A stretch of DNA of 64,000 nucleotides from a bacterium (GTDB lineage: Bacteria > Zhuqueibacterota > Zhuqueibacteria > Residuimicrobiales > Krinioviventaceae). The notes beneath the pieces were generated by a model. It was not told where the DNA came from and searched no databases. It saw only the letters and a program-made list of their open reading frames with translations. The position numbers and the translations under genes were made by a program. This document shows, one piece after another, positions 56,211 through 64,000 of the stretch. The stretch is from NCBI GenBank assembly GCA_963675755.2, contig CAXXMD010000003.1:3008001-3072000 (forward strand). The letters are read 5' to 3'. The stretch's first letter is position 1. The number at the start of each line of letters is the position of its first letter.

Positions 56211-59171
56211 ATGTATAATAAAAGATTATTGTGGTCAGTTTTAATTTGCATGGCCTTGCTTGTATCTTTTACTCCCTCTTTCGCCGCAACCTCCGGCCAG
56301 GTGCAGGGAACTATTACTGATGCTTCAACACAGGAAAGTTTGCCCGGTGCAAACGTATTTTTAAAAGGAACTGCTATTGGTAGTGCATCCGATCTTGAAG
56401 GTCAATATAGGATTGCAAATATTCCTCCCGGGAATTATACCCTTGTTGTTTCTTATATGGGATATATTCAACAAGAAGTTCCAATTCAAATCGCGGCTAA
56501 TCGTACTTTGACTCAAAATATTAAAATGGACTATAGCGTTGTGGACGTTGAAGGTGAAGTTATTATTACCGCCCAACGCGAAGGTCAGGTTGCCGCCATT
56601 AACCAGCAGATTACTTCTGATCAGATTGTGAATGTTGTGTCTGCGGAACGTATTCAGGAACTGCCCGATGCTAACGCTGCCGAGTCTATTGGACGTTTAC
56701 CGGGTATTGCCGTACAGCGTAGTGGTGGTGAAGCGCAGACTTTGATGATTCGCGGACTTGATGCCAAATATACAACCATTTCTTTAAATGGTGTTCAAAT
56801 CCCCGCAACAGCTTCAGAAAGCAGATCTGTTGACTTGAGTGTTCTCTCTCAGGAAACTTTGGCGGGAATTGAAGTTTACAAAGCGATCACCCCTGATCAG
56901 GATGCAGATGCAATTGCTGGTGCAGTTAACCTTATTACCGGTAAAGCTCCTGAAGGACAAAAAATACGATTTGATGTAATTGGTTCCTATAATGATCTGG
57001 AACAATCCGCTAGCCAATATGATGTTAGTGGAAGATACAGTAATCGTTTTTGGGATGGCAAGCTGGGTATTCAAGCGGGTGCGCAGGCTGAAAAACGAGA
57101 CCGCAGCACAGAATCTTTTGTTGATTCTTGGAATATTCCTGCAGATTTAAATTATTCGATAAGCAGCCTGACTGTAGCCTATACTGATGAAACTCGTGAA
57201 AGATATGGCGCAGATATTACATTCGACTATAATACCTCCGATGGTGGGAATATCAAATTTATCAATCTTTTCAGTAATACCAATCGTGAACAATATTATT
57301 CATCTCGTAATTACAGCACGGGTGGTGATAATATCACTTATAATGGACGTGCTACAGATAGTGAAATTCAGACCTGGAATAATTCTCTTGTAGGTGAAAA
57401 CCATCTCTTTAATCTTGATTTAAACTGGGCATTAGCTCATGCTTATACAAACAATTCTACACCATTTAATCATGCTATGCAGTTCCGTGAAAATCAAACT
57501 ACAAATTCCGGAATGAAAGATGATATTTATGAGGAAGATTATAAAAGAGTACCAGGCAAAGATTTAATTCCTCTTGCATGGAATAATTTTGAATCCGGTT
57601 ATCTGCGTGATGCTGAATTTACTCATAGTGAAAACGATGAACGGAATTTGGTTGCGCGTATTGATATCAAGAAGGATTATAATCTGGGTTCTAAAGTCGC
57701 TGGTTTTTTCAAGTTTGGTTATAAATTCAGAAACAAAGAAAGAAACCGTGATTATGATAGAAGATTTGCACCCTATTGGTTAAGAACATCACCAGATAGT
57801 GTTTTTACCGATAGTGGACAATACGTTGCCAAAGATTATGCAAATTCTTATTGGCCAAACGGTTCAAGCAATTTATTGGTTGACTGTTTAACCGGCCCTC
57901 CATATACATCCAGAACCATGTATGATGATTATTTGTTAAATCCATTAATCAATGGTTCTATGGTTCGAGAATGGTATAATTTGAATGGTCGTGGTATTAA
58001 AAATAATTATTCCGCAACCGGTGTTTCTCATCTTTACGAATATGTTTACATGCTTGAAAGTAATCGCAATAAATATCATGTAGAAGAGATGTTTAATGCT
58101 GCTTATTTAATGACAAAGTTGAATATTGGTCAGGCAATATCTATTATTGCAGGTGTTCGTTATGAAAGTGAAAATAATGATTATTCTGCTAAATTTGTAC
58201 CTGAAATCAATGGTTTTCTTGAAAGTCAAAAAGCTACAATTTATGATACAACCAAAACCTTTAGTAATGAACACTGGTTACCTAATGTTCATGTACGTGT
58301 AAAACCGTTCAAATGGATCGATTTCCGTTTTGCATATACCCAGTCGCTTACTCGTCCTGATTTTCAGATGAGATTGCCAAACTTGTATGTGAATCATGAA
58401 GCGGGAATTATTGAACGTGGAAATCCTGGTTTAGAACCGGCACTTGCGGATAATTTTGATTTAAGTATGTCCCTTTACAAATCAGAATATGGTTTATTGA
58501 CGGTTTCAGGGTTTTACAAAAAAATTGATAATGTGTTTTATTGGCTCAACAATGTAATGATCTTGAATAAAGCACATGCAGATAGTATTGGTTTGCCAGA
58601 AGAATTTGGTCCATACAATCAGATGGAAATGTCTGAACCCGTTAGTGTTGATGATACTGATGTTTATGGATATGAAATTGATCTGCAAACCCATATGTGG
58701 TTCTTGCCAGGTATTTTGCAGAATATTGTGATCAATGCAAACTTTTCAAAAATTTGGTCTCATACAAAATATCCACGCTTTACTATGATACAGCCTGATG
58801 GTTTTCCACCACCAGCACCTATCCCAACTTATTATTATACAGAACGTGCGTTGACTGGTCAAACAGATTATACAGGTAATATTGCAGTAGGTTATGATCA
58901 GGGTGGCTTCTCTACACGTCTGTCAGTTTACTTTCAGGGACCCTATCTTGCTTCTATAAGTTCTGCTGAAAGAGCTGATCAATACAGAAAAAGTTTTTCA
59001 AGATGGGACCTTTCAATTAAACAACAGGTTACTCAAAATATAGCAGTATTTGCTAATATTAACAATCTGACCAATACTGTAGAAGGAAATTACTATACTT
59101 TTAGAGAAATTGACAGAGGAGGTGAAGTAACAGGCGTATCCGGTGATTTGGGTTTACGTTTTACATTTTAA
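56211..59171 (+). CDS. TonB-dependent receptor
   Basis: Signal peptide; CarboxypepD_reg-like N-domain (LPGANV); plug (ELPDANAAESIGRLPG, IEVYKAITPD.DADAI.G.VNL); GNP.L.P; terminal F; ATG 56211 after AGGAG. Confidence 0.93.
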   Translation: MYNKRLLWSVLICMALLVSFTPSFAATSGQVQGTITDASTQESLPGANVFLKGTAIGSASDLEGQYRIANIPPGNYTLVVSYMGYIQQEVPIQIAANRTLTQNIKMDYSVVDVEGEVIITAQREGQVAAINQQITSDQIVNVVSAERIQELPDANAAESIGRLPGIAVQRSGGEAQTLMIRGLDAKYTTISLNGVQIPATASESRSVDLSVLSQETLAGIEVYKAITPDQDADAIAGAVNLITGKAPEGQKIRFDVIGSYNDLEQSASQYDVSGRYSNRFWDGKLGIQAGAQAEKRDRSTESFVDSWNIPADLNYSISSLTVAYTDETRERYGADITFDYNTSDGGNIKFINLFSNTNREQYYSSRNYSTGGDNITYNGRATDSEIQTWNNSLVGENHLFNLDLNWALAHAYTNNSTPFNHAMQFRENQTTNSGMKDDIYEEDYKRVPGKDLIPLAWNNFESGYLRDAEFTHSENDERNLVARIDIKKDYNLGSKVAGFFKFGYKFRNKERNRDYDRRFAPYWLRTSPDSVFTDSGQYVAKDYANSYWPNGSSNLLVDCLTGPPYTSRTMYDDYLLNPLINGSMVREWYNLNGRGIKNNYSATGVSHLYEYVYMLESNRNKYHVEEMFNAAYLMTKLNIGQAISIIAGVRYESENNDYSAKFVPEINGFLESQKATIYDTTKTFSNEHWLPNVHVRVKPFKWIDFRFAYTQSLTRPDFQMRLPNLYVNHEAGIIERGNPGLEPALADNFDLSMSLYKSEYGLLTVSGFYKKIDNVFYWLNNVMILNKAHADSIGLPEEFGPYNQMEMSEPVSVDDTDVYGYEIDLQTHMWFLPGILQNIVINANFSKIWSHTKYPRFTMIQPDGFPPPAPIPTYYYTERALTGQTDYTGNIAVGYDQGGFSTRLSVYFQGPYLASISSAERADQYRKSFSRWDLSIKQQVTQNIAVFANINNLTNTVEGNYYTFREIDRGGEVTGVSGDLGLRFTF

Positions 59172-59221
59172 AAAAAGAAAGCACTAATTCACAATAACAC
59201 AAATTAATTTCGGAGGAAATT

Positions 59222-60841
59222 ATGCGTTATCTTGGTACTTTGTTATTCGTTGTTCTGGTTCTGGCTATTATGGCCCCAATAGTATCTGCAGATACTATTA
59301 TTGAACCAAATGTTGGTTTCGTAAACGAAATCATTAGTGGCGACACCACTGCAACTGGTGCTCGTAACGATTCCGTTTATGTATTTCGTCGTGGCGCAAC
59401 CTATTGGGCACGCAATGAAATTTCCAATAGTGGTTGGACAATGGTTTTAAAAGCTGAAGACGGTGATGGCCCTATTCCGGTTATCGCAACCTGGCCAGAT
59501 GCTGATGGTTCTATTGAACATCGCTTGGTTACTGGTCGTGCAGATTGTTATCTCTATAATCTTTATCTGGATGGTATGGGTCCTGATCTGGTTGACACCA
59601 GCAAACTTGATCCTCTGTTCCGTATGAATGGTCAACTGGTACGTGCAAATGCATCAGGTGCAGTATTTGTTGCTGATGGATGTATTTTGAATAACTGTGG
59701 TCAGGTTACAGTTCGCTCCAGTAGTGGCGCGCAAAAAGTAGAGCTCACCAACTGTATTATAACAAATGCCGGTCAGCTTTCACGCGACAACCTGGGTAAT
59801 GGTCGTGTTTTGGATTTCCGCGATGCAGCTACCGACAGCTTGATCATCAAAAATACTACTATTATGAATGGTGAAGACCGTGTTATCCGTCACCAGGATG
59901 CTAGCGGTAAAAACAATTTCCTGGGTTACTGTGAAATGGACCACGTAACTATTGCTAACTGGGTTGGTACTTTTGGTGTTGTTCAATTAGGTGACCTTGG
60001 CGAAGAAGGTTTTGTATTAACCAATAACCTTTGGGTTAACCCCCAGTGCTTTGGTGAAGATCCTGATGATGAATGGAGAATTTTGGAATTTGGTTATTCA
60101 GGTGAATTCTATCAAAGTGGCAAACCTAAAATGGCCCTCATTCGCGATGAGCCGAATGTATCTGATACTTTGACAGTTGTTCCAAATTTCTATATTGAAA
60201 ACAATGTTATTCATTATCAACAACCCGTTCTTGATTACTTTGAATTTGACGGTGTAGCTCCAGCTCCTATTATGACAGATCGTATCGCTTCAATGAACAG
60301 TGCTCCTGGCGAAGCTTTTGTTGAAGGTGCTGTAGAATTTACTAATCCTAACGATATTCCTTTGGATCTGATGTACTGGTACCATGATAACCCAGGTGCT
60401 ATCACTACAGATTCAGTAGAGATGGACAGACGTTCACGTGAATTCTGGTCAGACTCTTTGGATATGAGCTATGAAGTTGCAAATGATGCTTTTGTTGGTA
60501 CCGATGGCCTGCCAGTTGGTGATACCAATTGGGCAAGTGTTGTTACTACAGGTATTAATGACAATACCAAAGCTCCTGCTACTATGGCATTGAACCAAAA
60601 CTACCCCAATCCTTTCAACCCAACCACTTCTATCAATTATACTTTGAAAAAGAGTGGCAAGGTGACCTTGAAAGTTTTTGATACATTGGGTCGTGAAGTT
60701 TCTACCCTGGTTAACAGCAATGTTGCTGCGGGTAGTTATGATGTAACTTTTGACGGTGCAAGTCTTGCTTCAGGTGTATATTTCTACACATTGAAAACAG
60801 ATAATCAGACTCTTACCCGCAAGATGTTACTTGTGAAATAA
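59222..60841 (+). CDS. Secreted beta-helix-like protein with T9SS/FlgD-type CTD
   Basis: Signal peptide; repeated NC.I.N and H.T..N rungs; GTDGLPVGDTNW; LNQNYPNPFNP...SGVYFY...KMLLVK. Confidence 0.78.
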   Translation: MRYLGTLLFVVLVLAIMAPIVSADTIIEPNVGFVNEIISGDTTATGARNDSVYVFRRGATYWARNEISNSGWTMVLKAEDGDGPIPVIATWPDADGSIEHRLVTGRADCYLYNLYLDGMGPDLVDTSKLDPLFRMNGQLVRANASGAVFVADGCILNNCGQVTVRSSSGAQKVELTNCIITNAGQLSRDNLGNGRVLDFRDAATDSLIIKNTTIMNGEDRVIRHQDASGKNNFLGYCEMDHVTIANWVGTFGVVQLGDLGEEGFVLTNNLWVNPQCFGEDPDDEWRILEFGYSGEFYQSGKPKMALIRDEPNVSDTLTVVPNFYIENNVIHYQQPVLDYFEFDGVAPAPIMTDRIASMNSAPGEAFVEGAVEFTNPNDIPLDLMYWYHDNPGAITTDSVEMDRRSREFWSDSLDMSYEVANDAFVGTDGLPVGDTNWASVVTTGINDNTKAPATMALNQNYPNPFNPTTSINYTLKKSGKVTLKVFDTLGREVSTLVNSNVAAGSYDVTFDGASLASGVYFYTLKTDNQTLTRKMLLVK

Positions 60842-60853
60842 TCTCCTTCCTTC

Positions 60854-60885
60854 AACCCGGAGGTTAATAACCTCCGGGTTTTTTT
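60854..60885 (+). terminator. Rho-independent terminator
   Basis: aacccggaggtta-a-taacctccgggtt followed by T tract. Confidence 0.88.
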
Positions 60886-60921
60886 ATCTCTAATTTATAT
60901 TTGAATCAATAGCAGGCTGGT

Positions 60922-62169
60922 TTACACCCATCCCCTGAGTTCACATGCCTCTGCAACTCGTGCAACTCCTACAATCGTTGCGGCAAGACGTGGATGAACA
61001 TGTTTTTCTTTAACAGCGGACATGACGGTATGGTAGGCTGTGGTTAGTTTTTCATCAAGGCGAGTATGTACTGTATTTTCATCCCAGAAATCAGATGTTG
61101 CATTCTGGACCATCTCAAAATGCGATACGGTAACCCCTCCAGCACTGGCTAAAATATCGGGTATTACATGTATTCCCTTGTTATTGAGAATAATATCCGC
61201 TTCAGGAGTAGTGGGACCGTTTGCAAGTTCACATACAATTTTTGCTTTGATTTTCTCCGCATTCTGAGCTGTTATTGCATTTTCCAATGCAGCGGGGTAA
61301 AGTATGTCAACATCTGCTTCCAGAATAGAGTCCCTGTCTACGGCTTTGCCTCCGGGAAAGCCTGCAATGGTACCATGTGTGAGTTTCCATGTTACCAGTT
61401 CTTTTACATCCAACCCATCTGCATTGTAAAGACCACCGCGGGAATCGCAAACTGCGGTTAATCTACCTCCACCCAACAATTCGTGATGAAGCAGCGCCGC
61501 ACGCTGTCCGGCATTGCCAAATCCTTGAATGGCAAATGTACCGGTAGGATCAATGTTTAACACTTTGCATGCTTCACGTACAGTGATAACTCCACCCCGA
61601 GCTGTGGCATCGCGCCTGCCTTCTGTACCACCGATCTTTTGCGGCTTGTCTGTTAATACGCCCGGATGATGCCGCTGAGTAATTACTTCAAATTCATCCA
61701 TCATCCAGGCCATAATCTGAGGATTGGTGTACACATCCGGAGCGGGTACGTCTTTATCAATTCCCAGATATGAAGCTGATGCTCGAATATACGCTCTTGA
61801 AACGTTTTCCATTTCACGTTCAGACATGTTTCGAGGATCGCAGCAGACACCGCCTTTACCGCCGCCCAGTGGCAATCCGGCAACTGCGGTTTTCCAGGTC
61901 ATCCAGCACGCTAGTGCGCGGATGGTATCGACCGTTTCGTCAGGATGAAAACGAATACCGCCTTTTGAGGGACCGCGGGCTGTGTTGTATTGAATTCGCC
62001 AGGCGTGAAAAATTTTGACAGAGCCATCATCCATTTTGACCGGCAGGGTGAATTTAAATTCTCGTTGGGGCCAAATTAACAAGTCGGTTGTTGCCTGGTC
62101 AAGATTCAATAACCTGGCGGCTTCAAGGACCTGTTTTTGTGCCACATTAAAAGAGTTGTATGATTGCAT
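60922..62169 (-). CDS. gdhA: Glu/Leu/Phe/Val dehydrogenase, probably glutamate dehydrogenase
   Basis: KGGIRFHP, MTWK, GGGKGG, DVPAPDV, QGFGNAG, ELANGP motifs. Confidence 0.9.
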   Translation of the reverse strand: MQSYNSFNVAQKQVLEAARLLNLDQATTDLLIWPQREFKFTLPVKMDDGSVKIFHAWRIQYNTARGPSKGGIRFHPDETVDTIRALACWMTWKTAVAGLPLGGGKGGVCCDPRNMSEREMENVSRAYIRASASYLGIDKDVPAPDVYTNPQIMAWMMDEFEVITQRHHPGVLTDKPQKIGGTEGRRDATARGGVITVREACKVLNIDPTGTFAIQGFGNAGQRAALLHHELLGGGRLTAVCDSRGGLYNADGLDVKELVTWKLTHGTIAGFPGGKAVDRDSILEADVDILYPAALENAITAQNAEKIKAKIVCELANGPTTPEADIILNNKGIHVIPDILASAGGVTVSHFEMVQNATSDFWDENTVHTRLDEKLTTAYHTVMSAVKEKHVHPRLAATIVGVARVAEACELRGWV

Positions 62170-62184
62170 TGTATACTTTCCTGT

Positions 62185-62358
62185 TTAGGATTTTATATTC
62201 TTGTCATTTTCCGGATGATCGTGAGAATCCAGAAATATACGATACCAGCAGCCTTTACACATCAAGGCCCGATCAACCCGTAACAAGACTTGTTCCCAGG
62301 GTGAAAGTTTTCGCCCACAATGGGGACATGTTTCAGGCACTTTTTCTTGTGTATTCAC
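62185..62358 (-). CDS. Small zinc-ribbon protein (about 57 aa)
   Basis: CPHC-x18-CKGC; GTG start 1 nt after the upstream stop; fills the gap in the operon. Confidence 0.7.
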   Translation of the reverse strand: MNTQEKVPETCPHCGRKLSPWEQVLLRVDRALMCKGCWYRIFLDSHDHPENDKNIKS

Positions 62359-62359
62359 G

Positions 62360-64000
62360 TTAAATTCCCGGTTTAATAATAACACCACGGCTTTCATGCC
62401 CGTTCATTCTGACGGAGAACGGCTTGTCAAAGCTCAGGTGCTTTGTATATTGTTTTTGCTCTACAATGTTTTGTTGGTTTAACCAATCCCAATCTAAAAA
62501 GCAGTTATTGTTTTGATGATCAATGGTAAAATATCCTACCATAAAAGAGTTCAGGTTCTGAAAAAAGTGAGAACCTTGCGATGGAGTTACATCAATATCT
62601 TTAAATTTAGCTTCAATAATTACTCTGGCGCCTGATATCTGGTCCCACCTGACAGGTATACCCAACCAGGGATCCATACTGCCCCAACGACCAACACCAA
62701 TCAGCAGATAATGCCGATTTTGATCTACCAGTTTTGAATTAAAATAACTGACTTCCTGAGCAACCTGAACACTTGCAGCCCTTTCAAAGATATCTCTGTC
62801 TACCATTATGATATCCTGCAAATGCTCAATAACGCCATTGCCCATGACCTTGGCACTTTTACAGATCATTTCAGTATCCTGGTATTGATCTATATTTAAT
62901 ACTTCCAGTTCCCGGTTCAATACCATGGGGCGCATTTGCAATATGCCAAATTCTTTTTTATCTTTTTGAGATAGATTCACTGCATACTCTATTTCCACCG
63001 GAGTACCCATACCCCAGCGTCCCATATCCAGAATCAGATCAAGAATCTCGGGCAGAGGGAATGTCTTGAATTTCAACAGGGGAGCGAGCGTGATTAACCG
63101 GACTCCTGGTTTTGAAGTGCCGTCATAAATAATGTCATTTTCTTGAGAATAGGTTGAAGCCAGTTGGTTCAAGGTCCCGTCTTGTTCTGCCACAGACAAT
63201 GGGTAGCTTTTAATATGGCTGTCTTCAATGTCTTCAGGATTTTCAGGCTCTTTTGAGAGATCGAGTGCGAAAAATTCGGTTTGTGAATTTTTTACAATGT
63301 ATTTAGGCGCATTGAGTGGGTCCTGACGAGACGGATATTTGGGGCAAAATCTAGCCGCTGTACCACCTTCTACAACTGTTTTGCCCAAACCCAGTGCCGC
63401 GGATGCAATTCCGTCATTGGGCTTTTGTGGTGGCAGTGGATAAAAGTTATAAGACCTGGCAACACCAGCAAAATCAGGATAAAAACGATCATTGTGCCTT
63501 GAGCCTATCATACTTTGAATAATTACAGCCATTTTTTCTTCTTCAAGCCTATATGCAGTTGCTTTGATATAGTTCTTGGCAGCCTGTAAAAAGGTTGAAG
63601 CATAAACCTTTTTGACGGCCCTAAGCAGGTTTGCCAACCGTATTAATGGATCAGGGTGGCTGTTTGGCAGCATATATGTATTATAAACTCCTGCAAAGGG
63701 TTGGTTGTGCGAATCTTCCAATAAACTGGATGATCGTATTGCCAGCGGAGTGTTCACCAGATCCAGAAATGCGATAAGTTCGCCTAAAATTTCTTCAGGA
63801 AAACGTCTGGTTTGTAGAAAACGGTGCATGATTTCCTGATCGTCATGAGTGGATAAAGCAAATGCATGTAGATCGTTTTCATGAAGAAATTCATCAAAAA
63901 CATCCGTACCAATAACAATTGCCGGGGGAATGCTTATTTTTACACCCGGAAACTGGTTGTGGATATTGTAATTGTTGATGAGTATATTTACAAAACTCAG
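62360..64000 (-). CDS. PEP/pyruvate-binding (PPDK_N ATP-grasp) domain protein, GDH-associated type; 5' truncated by window
   Basis: PLAIRSSSLLEDS..QPFAGVY, EEKMAV, GLGKTVV, LQMRP, GRWGS.DPWLGIPV, SQGSHFFQN; frame open to base 64000. Confidence 0.88.
   Translation of the reverse strand: MSFVNILINNYNIHNQFPGVKISIPPAIVIGTDVFDEFLHENDLHAFALSTHDDQEIMHRFLQTRRFPEEILGELIAFLDLVNTPLAIRSSSLLEDSHNQPFAGVYNTYMLPNSHPDPLIRLANLLRAVKKVYASTFLQAAKNYIKATAYRLEEEKMAVIIQSMIGSRHNDRFYPDFAGVARSYNFYPLPPQKPNDGIASAALGLGKTVVEGGTAARFCPKYPSRQDPLNAPKYIVKNSQTEFFALDLSKEPENPEDIEDSHIKSYPLSVAEQDGTLNQLASTYSQENDIIYDGTSKPGVRLITLAPLLKFKTFPLPEILDLILDMGRWGMGTPVEIEYAVNLSQKDKKEFGILQMRPMVLNRELEVLNIDQYQDTEMICKSAKVMGNGVIEHLQDIIMVDRDIFERAASVQVAQEVSYFNSKLVDQNRHYLLIGVGRWGSMDPWLGIPVRWDQISGARVIIEAKFKDIDVTPSQGSHFFQNLNSFMVGYFTIDHQNNNCFLDWDWLNQQNIVEQKQYTKHLSFDKPFSVRMNGHESRGVIIKPGI

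Noticed and set aside
62360-64000. Annotation as ppsA
   Set aside because: C-terminal PEP/pyruvate TIM-barrel domain is absent
1-64000. Alternative genetic code, programmed frameshifts or phase-variable homopolymers
   Set aside because: All recognisable genes are intact under code 11; A/T runs such as 1813-1820 do not break frames

Overview
Gene-dense bacterial chromosome segment from a diderm organism. Secreted proteins ending in QNYPNPFNP FlgD/T9SS-type C-terminal domains, together with clear GGAGG Shine-Dalgarno sites, suggest a KSB1/Calditrichota/Ignavibacteria-like lineage; this is an inference. Bases 1-31.6 kb are one co-directional surface-glycan locus: six GT2s (several of the polyprenol-phosphate sugar synthase type, one with a destroyed DxD motif), six GT4s, four GT-C (ArnT/PMT-like) membrane transferases, two Wzx flippases, a UPF0104 flippase-like protein, Wzy/WaaL, DUF2304, a YdjC deacetylase, an FAD oxidoreductase, a YdjM-like hydrolase, a methyltransferase and a secreted glycoside-hydrolase-like protein. 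A 2741-aa Ig-repeat surface protein follows. The right half holds mscS-tamA-tamB plus a membrane protein, tRNA-Gly(CCC), ackA, a response regulator, a C69 peptidase, a beta-CASP nuclease, cmoAB, a regulator/TonB receptor/CTD-protein unit, and a PPDK_N/zinc-ribbon/gdhA operon. Most striking observation, from manual alignment only: the periplasmic loop of one GT-C appears to be a circularly permuted copy of the beta-sandwich domain found twice at the N-terminus of the giant surface protein. I saw no CRISPR array, rRNA, IS element or integrase.
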